A stretch of 64,000 bases of DNA, taken from the NCBI RefSeq assembly GCF_035084215.1, contig NC_090338.1, forward strand, positions 59,892,001 through 59,956,000. Direction: 5' to 3'. Made by a program: the position numbers and the translations under genes. Positions 24,765 to 37,800 of this stretch are shown piece by piece (the first letter of the stretch is position 1; the number at the start of each line of letters is the position of its first letter). The DNA comes from Heptranchias perlo. Its lineage: Eukaryota. Below the pieces are notes generated by a model. That model was not told the DNA's origin. It saw only the letters and a list, made by a program, of their open reading frames with translations, and did no database searches.

Positions 24765-25778
24765 GGTAGTGATTGTTGGAGGCCAATCATCTCAGCCCCA
24801 GGACATCGCTGCATGAGTTCCTCAGGGCAGTGTCCTAGGCCCAACCATCTTCAGCTGCTTCATCAATGACCTTCCCTCCATCATCAGGTCAGAAATGGGG
24901 ATGTTCGCTGATGATTGCACAGTGTTCAGTTCCATTCACAACCCCTCAGATAATGAAGCAGTCCGAGCCAGCATGCAGCACGACCTGGACAACATCCAGG
25001 CTTGGGCTGATAAGTGGCAAGTAACATTCACGCCAGACAAGTGCCAAGCAATGACCATCTCCAACAAGAGAGAGTCTAACCACCTCCCCTTGACATTCAA
25101 CGGCATTACCATCGCCGAATCCCCCACCATCAACATCCTGGGGGTCACCATTGACCAGAAGCTTAACTGGACCAGCCATATAAATACTGTGGCTACGAGA
25201 GCAGGTCAGAGGCTGGGTATTCTGTGGTGAGTGACTCACCTCCTGACTCCCCAAAGCCTTTCCACTATCTACAAGGCACAAGTGTGATGGAATACTCTCC
25301 ACTTGCCTGGATGAGTGCAGCTCCAACAACACTCAAGAAGCTCAACACCATCCAGGACAAAGCAGCCCACTTGATTGGCACCCCATCCACCACCGGTGCA
25401 TTGTGGCTGCAGTATGTACCATCCACAGGATGCACTGCAGCAACTCGCCAAGGCTTCTTCAACAGCACCTCCCAAACCCGCGACCTCTACCACCTAGAAG
25501 GACAAGAGCAGCAGGTACATGGGAACAACACCACCTGCACGTTCCCCTTCAAGTCACACACCATCCCGACTTGGAAATATATCGCCGTTCCTTCGTCGTT
25601 ACTTGGTCAAAATCCTGGAACTCCCTTCCTAACAGCACTGTGGGAGAACCTTCAGCACACGGACTGCAGCGGTTCAAGAAGGCGGCTCACCACCATCTTC
25701 TCAAGGGCAATTAGGGATGGGCAATAAATGCTGGCCTCGCCAGCGATGCCCACATCCCATGAACGAATAAAAAAAAAC
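24765..25778 (+). mobile_element. CR1-clade LINE (second family) 3' fragment
   Basis: MGMFADDCTVF..ADKWQVTF motifs, family 3' end and poly-A. Confidence 0.9.
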
Positions 25779-26452
25779 TTCTTCAGTATCTACATCATTC
25801 CCAATCAAAACCTCAAATGCATGGTTTGGGAAACTGTGACTTCTTTCAGTCCTGTATTTCAAAGGAAGATATTTCAGCCACACCCTGGTCTCAGGTACCT
25901 CTGTGGTCCCTGGAACTTCCTGAATATGAGCAAATTTAACTTTCACATACAGGTTGTTCTATATCAGATGTGGTTTTGCTGAAGGAAAGTAACACTTTGT
26001 GTCATGTAACCCCTTTGTCTGCCTCAAATTCAGTGTGATCAAGTGTAGGAAGTGAGAGGTCCAGGCCTGTGGTCACTGCACAACTGGAAGTCTTATATTT
26101 CATAGCCACACTTGGTCTTCCTGACAGTGCTGCAGCCCTCTAAAAGACCACATATCTTCAAGGGGCAACCAGGAGAATAACCAGAGAAACAGTGTAAATA
26201 GCCTTTCACACCATTTCTCAGGGCCTCCACCTGCCTTCAGCCAAAGTTACAGCAGGAGATCGGGAGAACCCCAACAAAATCTCATGGTCCTAAATCTCTC
26301 CGTCCTTGCCCTTCTGTGTTCCACTTGGCTGTACCAACACAGGCTCACAGATCATGGGCTGAACATTTAGCTCAGCAAGCAGTTTACCATTTGGATGGTC
26401 TGGGGCATTGGAATTCCCACCCGTGCAAAGGTTTACCAAGCCTCATGAAGCC

Positions 26453-29301
26453 ATAAGAACACAAGAAATAGGAGTAGGCCATACGGCCCCTTGAGCCTGC
26501 TCCATTCAATAAGATCATGGCTGATCTTCTACCTTAACTCCACTTTCCCACCCTATCCCCATATCACTTGATTCCCATAGTGTCCAAAGATCTATAGATC
26601 TCAGTCTTGAGTATACTCAACGACTGAGCATCCACAACCCTCTGGGGTAGAGAATTCCAAAGATTCACAACCCTCTGAGTGAAGAATTTTTTCCTCATCT
26701 CGGTCCTAAATGGCCGTCCCCTTATCTTGAGACTATGCCCCCTAGTTCTAGACTTTCCAGCCAGGGAAAACAGCCTCTCAGCATCTACCCTGTCAAACCC
26801 TTTAAGAATTTTATATGTTTCAATGAGATCACCTCTCATTCTTCTAAACTCCAGAGAAAATAGGTTCATTCTACTCAATCTCTCCCCACAGGACAACCCC
26901 CTCATCCCAGGAATCAATCTAGTGAACCTTCGTTGCATCCCACCGAAGGCAAATATATCCTTCCTTAGGTAAGGAGATCAAAACTGTACACATTACTCCA
27001 GATGTGGTCTCACCAGAGCCCTATATAATTGCAGCAAGACCTCCTTACTTTTATACTCCAACCCCCTTGCAATAAAGGCCAACATACCATTTGCCTTCCT
27101 AATTGCTTGCTGTACTTGCATGTTAACTTTCTGTTACTTGTGTACAAGGACACCCAAGTGCCTTTGACTACCAACATTTATTAGTCTCTCACCTTTTAAA
27201 GAATATTCTGCTATTCTATTCTCCCTACCAAAGTGGATAATTCCACAGTTCCCCACTTTATACTCCATCTGCCACCTTCGCGCCCACTCACTTAACCTGT
27301 CCATATCCTTTTGCAGTCACTTTGCGTCCTCCTCGCAGCTTACTTTCCCACCTAGCTTTGTATCATCAGCAAACTTGGATACATTACAGTTGATCCCCTC
27401 ATCTAAGTCATCAATATAGATTGTAAACAGCTAAGGCCCAAGCACTGATCCTTGCAGCACCCCACTAGTTAAAACCTGCCAACCCGAAAATGACCTGTTT
27501 ATTCCTACTCTCTGTTTTCTCTCTGTTAATCAATCCTCAATCCATGCTAATATGCATTTACTACCTTCCAAATCCACGGGGCCGTTCTAGAAGCTAGGGA
27601 ATTCTGGAAGATCTAAACCAATGCATCCACTATCTCTGCAGCCACCTCTTTTAAAACCTTAGGATGTAGGCCTTCATGTCCAGGGGATTTGTCAGCTTTT
27701 ATTTCCATTAATTTCTCCAGTACTTTTTTAAAATTAACCTTAATTACTTTAAGTTCCTCACTCTCATTAGACCCTTGGTTCCCCACTATTTCCAGTATGT
27801 TCTTGTGTCTTCTACTGTGAAGACAGATACAAAATATGTGTTTAATGTCTCTGCCATTTCCTTATTCCCCATTATAATTTCTTCTGTCTCTGCCTCTAAG
27901 GGACCCATGTTAACTTTTGCTAATCTCTTTTTTACATACTTGTAGAAGCTCTTACAATCTGTTTTTATATTTCTTGTTAGTCTACTCTCATATTCAATTT
28001 TCTCCCTTTTTATCGATTTCTTGGTCATTCTTTGCTGATTTCTAAAATGCTCCTAATCCTCAGGCTTGCTACACTTCTTGGCAACATTGTAAGCCTCTTC
28101 TTTTAATCTAACTTCTCTAATTAGCCACGGTTGGATCACTTTTCCTGTGGCGTTTATATTCCTCAAGGGAATGTATATTCATTGAGAATTATAAATTATT
28201 TCTTTAAATGTTCGCCATTGCTTATCTACTGTCACATCTTTTAATCTAATTTCTAAATCTACCTTAGCCATCTTGCCCCTCATACCTACATAATTGGCTT
28301 TGTTTAAATTTAAGACCCTAGTTTCGGACTTAACGACATCACTCTCAAACTTAATATGAAATTCTATCATATAATGATCACTCTACCCCAGAGGATCCTT
28401 AACCATAAGATTACTAATTAACCCTGTCTCATTACACATTACTAGATCTAAAATAGCTGGTTCCCTAGTTGGTTCCTCCACATATTGTTCTAGAAAATAG
28501 TCTTGAAAGCATGAACTCATCCTCCAAACTACTTTTGCCAATTTGGTTTGTCCAGTCTATATGAGGATTAAAGCCCCCCACGATTATTGCATTACCCTTG
28601 TACATGCTCCTCTAATTTCCCGATTTATACTCATTCCAACACTATAACTGCTGTTAGGGGGCCAATAATCTACTCCCACCAGTGTTTTCTGCCCCTTGTT
28701 ATTTCTTAGCTCCACCCATACTGATTCTACATCCTGCTTTTCTGAGCTAAGATCCTTTCTCACTCTTGCCTTTATCTCATTCTTTATTATCAGGGCTACC
28801 TCTCTCCACTCCTTTTCCATTTTGCCTGTCTTTTCTAAAAGTCAAGTACCCTGGAATATTTAGTTCCCAATCCTGGTCACCCTGCAACCACATCTCAGTA
28901 ATGGCTACTAGATCAAATCTATTAGTGCCATTAATTCATCTATCTTGTTACGAATGCTTTGTGCATTCAGTTATGCCTTTAATTTTAACTTTTTACAATT
29001 TTTCCCTGATGTGATCTTAGTCACTAATGCCCCATTACCTTTGTTAAACTCTCTGTCCCTTCCTGACACACTCTGCTTGTTTTTACCCAAATTGCTACTC
29101 TGCTCTACAGCATTGACTTTTCTCTTTAGACTTATAAATTTACCCTTAACTGAACCCTCCTCACCCCCCACTCCTTATTAGTTTAAAGCCCTATCAACCG
29201 TCCTAGTTATTTGATTCGGCAGGACATTGGTCCCAGCCCGGTTTAAGTAGAGCCCATCGCAACGGAACAGCTCCCTCTTTCCCCAGTACTGATGCCAGTG
29301 C
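26453..29301 (-). mobile_element. Degenerate CR1 LINE ORF2
   Basis: CATAAGAA tail, RGDLIETYKI motif, endonuclease remnants (ESVWVELRNNKGQKTLVGV). Cut at 29302 by the LTR. Confidence 0.88.
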
Positions 29302-30002
29302 TGTAATAATCTCTGGAGCGGGGATGTTTGTCTCTCCCACTATTCAATGACTCGACATGACCCATATTGGTTGTAGAGGTTGTTCAGGCTTTATTGTATA
29401 AGGTAGTTCAGACTATATTATATTACAGTCTGTTAGCAGTAAATAACAATCGCTTTAACAGTACAATAATAGATTCATATTACCCTCCTCGCGATTGGAC
29501 AGTCGGCACGTCTGGCTCATTGATGGTGATCTTCCCAATAGTTACACAGAGTTAAACCAAAGGCCAGCATCAATCCACTGGATGTGTCTAACTATCTGTT
29601 CCTCCTCCAATTGTGTTTCTGCTGGCTAAAAGCCAGTCTCTTATACTTTACTTTTACTTGAAAAGATGTGCTACTTTGCACATACTGTTTAACAAATGGT
29701 GAGTTAATGATGTGTCAGTTCCTATATCCTGTGAAGATACCAATATTCACAGAAGCACGACAAAAGTCACTAAATTAGCTGATGACCCCCTCCCAACGTT
29801 TACAGCCTTCCTGTTTATTCAGCTACTTGATTTAGTTAGAAGAGCCCTAAAAGTCAGAAAGGTCAGAAAGACTTAGAAAAATTAGTATCTTTCCATTTCA
29901 TTAAACTTTTAACCTCTTACTACCAGACTTCATCTCCTCCTGAATTAGCCTATTCTAAATTCATCACATTTGAGGAATTCTTAAACTCATTATATTCTTA
30001 CA
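29302..30002 (-). mobile_element. 3' LTR of a minus-strand LTR retroelement
   Basis: TGTAA...TTACA termini. First about 270 bp are repeated at 42067-42340. Confidence 0.8.
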
Positions 30003-30736
30003 GTCCTCACCGTGAGGGGGAAATATTCTGATTGACCCCTCATTAATTACTATTCCCTAAGCAGAGTCGCTAGCTCTAGGTTATTTGCACGTTTTCCCAA
30101 TTTCGCTAACAAACGTCGCAAATAGCATACTAATATGTTGACCGGAGGTCACCAGTTACAGTTACTGGCTTAGTACAAAGAGAAGTGTCAATTCTCTCTT
30201 AACTCTCAATTCACTTTATTCATGCCGTTAGATCATATACATATAGCTCATACTTCTGGTTAGATATAGGCATGCAGTTTACACCAGGTTATACAGTCTT
30301 ATACCCAAACTAAGATCTAAACGCACACCCACTAGATTTCTCTGACACTCCCTGAGTGGTCACAGAATATAAAGGATAATACCCGAAAAGGAGAGCTGAC
30401 GCTGGCCAGGCGTTCCGTTCTCTCTCTCTCTCTCTCGACGTTGTCTCTACGTCCCTGACGTAGGGTCTTCCACTTCTGCGATGGTTGGTCTCCGGAGTCT
30501 TCGCTCTGGCTCCACGCCTCAGATCCTTCATTCTTATTCCGAATCTTATCTCTTCAGGCTGTGCTGTCTCTCTATTTCGTTGGTTTAGGCTTTCTCGCTT
30601 TTGCCTGGGTCTTCTCCTCATTGGCTCTGTCACAAGGACTTAGGTAGCATTACCTCATTACTCCTTTTCTAAATAAGGACTTGTGTCTTATCACATTTCC
30701 TTTGTCTTTCACAAAACTTGGTTAATTCAAACCGGT

Positions 30737-31389
30737 ATTTAAATTTGTATTATACGGGAGTGGATGGGTTAGCGTGCGTGGGAAAGACTTTGGGTGTACC
30801 GGAGGGAGCGGGAGTACAGTTTTCATGCAACGAAGTTCTAGAGGTGACATTGTCGGTAATCCCAGAGAGAAAAATCATTAGTCAATTTGTGGGTCCGTTT
30901 ATTGAGCGACCATCGGGGAGCGACGGTCGAGGTAAAATTATGGTCCACTGGGACCATACCTATGTGAATATTGACTGGGGTAGCGACTCATACCAGAGAT
31001 ATATTGATTGGGGTGGATATAGCAGGCGTTTTAGAAAGATTGGCTGGATCATCATCAATTGTACAAAGAAAGACACAACACAGGAAAGGGATAGAGCAAA
31101 AAGGGCGTTCATCAATTGTAAACACACTAAAATAATTAGAACTCATGCTGATAAAGCAGATGAACTGCTACGGGACCTCGGGTTCTGGGATAAGTTTTGG
31201 AATTGGGGATCTAATGTTCAAATACATCCATGGGTCAGGATTTTATCACATGCTGCTGTAGTTGTGATTTTATGTGCATTAATACTTGTCATATTCAATG
31301 TATATCAACTTAGAAGGTGGAAAAATGAAATTTTGCAACGATTGAATGTTAGTGCTATAATGAAACAGAAGAAGCGATTATTAATATAA
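30737..31389 (+). pseudogene. Internally deleted env-like ORF
   Basis: Open frame with RAKR furin-like site, Trp-rich FWDKFWNW segment, TM helix AAVVVILCALILVIFNVY and basic tail, lying just upstream of PPT and LTR. Confidence 0.6.
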
Positions 31390-31845
31390 GGACACTGTGT
31401 GAAGTATACTTTATATACGCTTCTCTTTTATATTTCTCTATAACCATAGGATATCGTGGATGTAACATGCCCATTGGGGGACAATGACAAACTCAAGAGT
31501 GGTAAACAGAAAGGGAGAATAATGATCCTAAGATAAGCATCTTTGGATCAAAAGCGGGGTGATGTTGGCCAGGAGCTGCAGAAGGTAACCTGAGACATCA
31601 GTTGCTGATACACACAGGCAGGAACGACTTTTGAACTAAAGCAACCTGAGTTCAGTTACTGGCCTCAGCTGCCTGGAACCGGTTTGAATTAACCAAGTTT
31701 TGTGAAAGACAAAGGAAATGTGATAAGACACAAGTCCTTATTTAGAAAAGGAGTAATGAGGTAATGCTACCTAAGTCCTTGTGACAGAGCCAATGGGGAG
31801 AAGACCCAGGCAAAAGCGAGAAAGCCTAAACCAACGAAATAGAGA

Positions 31846-32068
31846 TGATGTGGAGATGCCGGTGATGGACTGGGGTTGACAATTGTAAACAATTTTACAA
31901 CACCAAGTTATAGTCCAGCAATTTTATTTTAAATTCACAAGCTTTCGGAGGCTTCCTCCTTCCTCAGGTAAATGTTCAACATTTACCTGAGGAAGGAGGA
32001 AGCCTCCGAAAGCTTGTGAATTTAAAATAAAATTGCTGGACTATAACTTGGTGTTGTAAAATTGTTTA
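31846..32068. mobile_element. Penelope-like insertion forming a perfect 189-bp palindrome (31883-32071)
   Basis: 94-bp arms around C31977. 14-bp TSD CAACGAAATAGAGA (31832-31845, 32069-32082). Hammerhead-like core CTGAGGA..GAAA at 31987-32011. Confidence 0.8.
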
Positions 32069-32154
32069 CAACGAAATAGAGAGACAGCACAGCCTGAAGA
32101 GATAAGATTCGGAATAAGAATGAAGGATCTGAGGCGTGGAGCCAGAGCGAAGAC

Positions 32155-34400
32155 CTTCTGCAGCCCCTAGCCAACAAATATAATCAGTACCATCAAGACC
32201 ATTCCTTGACCAAAAATCCTAAGCATAGATAACATTCTCAACCAGGAATGTTGCCCTACATTATACACAGTTTCCTACCATTTATGTGCCCCTAGTTTCC
32301 GGATCTCCTTTTCTGTTGCACGTTGTTCTGTTGCATAGAATCATAGAATCATAAGAATCATAGAAAGATTACAGCCCTGAAGAAGACCATTCAGGCCTTC
32401 GAGTTCGCACCGGCTCTATGCAAGAGCAATCCAGTTAGTCCCACTCCCCCGCCCTTACCCCGTGGCCCTGCAAATTTCTTCCTCTCAAGTACTTATCCAG
32501 TTCCCTTTTAAAGGCCATGATTGAATCTGCCTCCACCACTCCCTCAGGCAGTGCATTCCAGATCCTAACCACTCGCTGTGTAAAAAAGTTTTGTCTTATG
32601 TCACCTTTGGTTCTTTTGCCAATCACCTTAAATCTATGTCCTTTGGCTCCTGACCCTTCCGCCAATGGGAACAGTTTCTCTCTATCTACTCTCCTTGCAA
32701 CTGTTTCTGTTCCAAGGAGAACAACCCCAGCTTCTCCAGTCTATCCACGTAACTAAAGTCCCTCATCCCTGGAATCATTCTAGTAAATCTCTTCAACATC
32801 CTCTCTAAGGCCTTCACATCTTTCCTAAAGTGCAGTGCTCAAAACTGAACACAATACTCCAGTTGTGGCCGAATCAATGTTTTATAAAGGTTCATCATGA
32901 CTTCCATACTTTTGTATTCTATGCCTTTATTTATAAAGCCCAGGATCCTGTATTTTTTTTAACTGCTTTCTCAACCTGCCCTGCCACCTTCAATGATTTG
33001 TGCACATAAACCACCAGATCTCTCTGTTCCTGTACCTCTTTTAGAGTTGTGCCCTCCAGTTTATATTGCCTCTCCTCGTTCTTCCTACCAAAATGTATCA
33101 CTTTGCATTTTTCTGCGTTAAATTTCATCTGCCACGTGTCCACCTGCCTGTCTATATTGCATCTTGACCAAATGTTTTTGAGAAGTGGATGTTCTTTCTA
33201 AGATGGACTTGAGGTCCAGAGACATGGGTGGAAGGGTTGTCCAAACTGCTTTAAGAGCCTCATGTTGCATGGATATGTTGACTTGAATTGTAGTGATGTT
33301 ATGGGTAGTTACTGGTACTAATACATTAGGTCCTGTCTTAGTTAGCTCAGTTGGCACGAAACAGAATGTTGAGTGGTGAACTGGACACTTCTGTTCCCTG
33401 TGTTGGAAACTGGTTTGGGAAGTGGTTACACAGTACTCTCCCCTTCCCAGGTATACACTTTGGGCCTGGTGATAGTCCTATTTTTGTAATTGCACCGTAC
33501 AAACAGGAGACTGATCGTCCAGAGTAAACCCGCAGGCTGATTTGCCAGGAGTGGTACTGTCGCACCTACATATCCGTGATCCTCGTGATCTAGAGCAACA
33601 GTTCAGGTTGGGGATTTTCCAAGTCGTTCCCTTCTTCATCATATACCCTGGGTAACTTTCAAATTCCTTGTGTATCCCTTCTTCTAAGATTCCTATGGAT
33701 TCTACTTCTAATACTTCCCACTTGTCCTCCCCAAGTCTGGGCAGCCATATTACCATGAGTACCAGGCCTATTTCAGTATCATTATCTGTACTGCAGGGCC
33801 GTCTAGCATTATACATGGATCCATGCCTTCAGATCTTGCACCGATCATAGGGCTAATTGTGATGGTGTTTGAACCACTCTTCAAGGTTCTTATGCTTTAC
33901 AAAATTGGGGACCCTATTATTCTCAATGTCTGTTAGGCCCTGCTGAACCTGATTCAGTAAGAACCCTCCATACATGGCACATGTGATGGCTGTTGACATG
34001 CCCTTTTTAGTTTGAGACCCTTCAGGGATCATCTCATTCTCCTTTACTTGGACTTGTAGCATTCCATCTACCATTCCTTTTAATGACTTCAACCTTTCCT
34101 ATTGTTCAACTATTTGATCTCCCTGATTCCCTATCATATTACCCAAGATGCCTTTTAGGTGCTTTCTCATGGCCTCGTCATGTTCCCACATGGCCTCTAT
34201 GTCATTGCGGTTCCAGGCAGCAGTTCCTGCAGCAGCTCCTATCCCTATCTTTTCCCTTAATCCTCGTTTCTTTCGGCTATGGAAGTATTTATTATTGTCA
34301 GGGGGTCATATATGGGGGTTTTGATGTTCCGGGGGCCAGGCCTCATCAACATCCCTCCCTGCTTTACACCGTACAAAATTTTTGACTCGTTGGGAAACTA
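32155..34400 (-). pseudogene. env (class I fusion glycoprotein) pseudogene of the outer element, split by a CR1
   Basis: RKKR (34275-34264) then GLREKIGIGAAAGTAAWNRNDIEAM; Cys-rich PNLNCC..ICRCD..CG..VCTVQL; C-terminal HKW*ETVYNVGQHSWLRMLS and TM GMVLMVLIIFVG at 32170-32330. Contains stops and frameshifts. Confidence 0.7.
32335..33146 (-). mobile_element. CR1 LINE 3' fragment inserted into env
   Basis: (ATTCTATG)n tail; WQMKFNAEKC and NFFTQRVVRIWNALP motifs. Confidence 0.9.
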
Positions 34401-34589
34401 GCTTTCTATAGAATCCTTCATAGATTTTGTTACATAGCCCAGGTGGCATATGAATATTACTGAAATCAAACATGACAGGGACTATTTCAAACCATACAAT
34501 GAGTACGGGTAAGTACCAGTCCGTTTCTGGGGACTGGTGACCGGTTGGAGCATTCTGCTGCTCCCTCTTGTACCTTACTACAATTGGTT

Positions 34590-34820
34590 TGACTGTTAAG
34601 CATGGTTTTTAGGGTTCGATTACGTCTCTTCACCACGCCGGACGATTGCAGGTGGTGATTCACATGCAATTTATGTTCGATTCCCATTAGCTTTTGTAAT
34701 CCCATAAAAAGGTTAGCAGTTAAGTGGGATTCCTGGTCACTGTTGACCTGTACGGGTATTCCCCACCTGCAGAACACCTCACTCAACAAAAGTCGAGTGG
34801 CGGTACAGGCTGTGGACCTC
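34590..34820 (-). pseudogene. Retroelement integrase core fragment
   Basis: VFCRWGIPVQVNSDQESHLT..HHLQSSGVVKRRNRTLK resembles rve core motifs (GxP..SD.G.HF; HPQSSG.VER.NRTLK). Confidence 0.8.
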
Positions 34821-37800
34821 CAACTGTCCCAAGAGCTCTAATTTTTGGCTCAGAGTGCCCTATCTTTATACTATTTGGCTGTCGAGGTTACACATAACAT
34901 CGCTGGTCTTATCTCCTAGTCGTAAATTATCCCACTCCCATTGAACCTGAATGAAACCTCGCTGGGTCAATTTTCACCTTACCTTGAAATTTTTTTCCTG
35001 GTCTTGTCTAAGATCATCTTGACTTACATTTTATTACATAAACACACATAGAAATATACATATTGCTTTTAAGTTTCATTTGGTTAATATCACACATCGT
35101 GATATAGACAAAGGAAATCATAATACATGATACAGAAAACTACAAGAAATCACAGACTTAAAAGAGGCTCCGGCTCTCCCTTTTACTAATATCCACCTTG
35201 TGGATATTTTTCCTCAGTTGTTCCAATTTCACTATTAATTGAAAGGAACCTAACCCTGAATTTTGGAAATCCAAACTATATGTCCCTCTTTATTTTAATT
35301 TCAATCCCTGTGATAGGTACCAGTGTTTCCTGATTGTTTCATTAATTAGCCGGTTTCTCTATGGAGCATGTGTCAGTGCCTTGCTTAAAAGGTTTTCTCA
35401 CTCTCCTGAGCCACATTAATCATTTCATATTGTGCTGTTGTCAAGTAACTGAACATGTCCGAGACTCGTTCTTCAGTGCATCTTCATCACGCTTTTCTGC
35501 ATACCAGTTGCCTCACATGCAACATACCATAGGTGATGTTCTTGAATATTAACTTTCTGCTGGCCAGTCTCTTTTTCCTCATGGTGTTTCATGGCACATG
35601 TCATTCGTCCAGTAAGATTCAATCCTGTAAGAGCAACCATTCTGTTTGAAGAGTGGTTCCAATAGCTCACCAGACCGTAGGCCTTTGTAATCATGTTCTT
35701 CCTCCTGGTCTCCGTTTCCAATGATGGCAACATACATTTGTATTCTTCGAGTTCACTGTAGCCATTTATGGGCTTTCAGGTTATCTTATCAAAAGATCGG
35801 GGGCTGTCTGGAGGTTTTTGCTTATCTTCCCCTGCATAATCCCAGTGTCTCAGGTAGTGGCCAAGCTATCAAACACAGTTTCCTCCATCAGTATAGGCAA
35901 GGTCACAACATCTCCATGAGAAAACTATCAATATACTATTCTCAACTACACTTCCCTGACTTTCACTAGATTGTACATTTATACCAGATTGATATCTTTT
36001 GGTAAATCATGCCCTGGTCAATTACTTTAGAGAAATTCCCATTTGGTGGTGTAATTTCTCTGTTTCTATACTTTAATTCTCAATCACTTCCTCTCATCCA
36101 ACTTTACACATCCTGTTATATTACCATTTCATCTCATTCATATGCTCTGGAGGAACTTTACTGTCCAATACAATATTTACAGTCTGGTCCAGTATCTCAA
36201 CACATTTTTGATTTATTTTACTTAAATTCTTCTTGGACCGCTTTTCATTTCCCAAAATATCCCATTACATTGTTCCTGAATCAATTCCATCATTTCAAAA
36301 TTATCCTAGTCCCAGAGAGCAGTATTATTGGACTGACAGGACTTGTCAATTTACAATTTTATTTTTCACCAAAATACTTTCTTCCTTGATACACATCATT
36401 GGACAGGAACCATTTAGACTGGACTCCTTTTATTTTAAAATATAATTTGATTATCCCTTAAACTACAGGTAAATTTTCCCTTCTTGAGTGCTTGAACAGC
36501 AACTCATATCTATTTATCTTATGAATTCCAATTTTAGAAACAAATTATGTCCAGGCTTTGTGGTTTTATGGTAGAGACAGAAGTGCTTGCAATTATTTTT
36601 GGATGTAACTCCCATATCTCCCCACCTCGAGCACTCTGTCTCGGAAGACAATAAATAACCCTGAATGGGTTAAAGCCGAGCCTTTGAGAGGCAAAGTCTC
36701 AGTCCAAATCGTCACCCTGCTGTGATATTGAATATCTGCCAATGTTTGCACATAAAGTCTTAAATTCCTAACACCACTGGATCGTTTCCTACACCAACAC
36801 TTTTGCGGTCCTGAAAACCATGTTTCCCTGCGTAAAAGAAAATAACAGGAAATCCATTGTGGCTCTTCTTGCGAACCCAAGAGGTTAATTTGTCAATTCA
36901 TCATTTTACGATTTCATTCTGTCACCCTTTATCCCAGGACCAGAGAGGACTCCATGGATGGTTCCGTGAATGAATCTAATTACCTCACTTTAGGAGGAAT
37001 TATCAGCAAAGGGCGCACGAAAATAAAGCCCAATATTTCCTTCTATCACTTGGGGAAATAGCCACTTAAATTAAGAAACTTAAAAATCTCATATGCTTAT
37101 CTAAAGCACTACGACAATAGCACCAAACGATCTATTGTAAAGAATAATCCCTTTAAACTGAAAAATGTCCAGAGGTACATGGGAGAGACTAGCTTTTCTG
37201 TCTATCTCCCAAAGTTTCTCTCTGTCCCTCTCGGAACTCACTAAGGGACAATAAAACTGCTTGTGAGTCAGCAGATTAACCTGCTGAAAGCTCAGGGGGT
37301 GGGGGAGGAGTCAATCACAATAGCAGTTTTATTTTAGCTGTAATTCCTTTAAAACACAAGTGCTTTAAATAAGTTCAAATTGATCTTTTCCCAAAAAGTC
37401 TTTGTGCTTTTATACCAGTGATAACTTGCACAATGGTCCTAACATAATTAAACTCTGGATAATAAATTTCAGCTTCTCTAACTTCCAATTTTCAAAACAG
37501 GAGCCATGAAGGCACAACAGATTTACCAATTTGTCCATCCTTAGTAATTGAAAATCTGTTAGAACAGCAGAAATCAATAGTATTTCCTTCTATTAACTTT
37601 AAACATCCCATGAAACAATTCTGCAGTACAATCTAACCACTCCTCCAGATTATTATCACAGAGATAGCAGAGATCTTATAACCATTCTGTTTTCTCATGA
37701 TCACCTTGTTATGAGACCACCATCAATCACAAGATCAAAGGGTCAGTTTGCTAACCGCTATCACATTTCAGTAAAACATGATTAAACAAATAGAAGTTAC

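Larger units (their letters stand above)
30136..32154. mobile_element. Second LTR element (env remnant, PPT, LTR) nested in the first, partly inverted
   Basis: LTR termini TGTTGGCC (31563, + strand, after purine tract AAAAGCGGGGTGA) and GGTCAACA (30136, - strand). 30497-30736 is the reverse complement of 31678-32154 minus the Penelope insert. Confidence 0.7.

Noticed and set aside
32165-32280. TGG>TAG stops in env as deaminase editing
   Set aside because: Only two events, which cannot be told apart from neutral decay.
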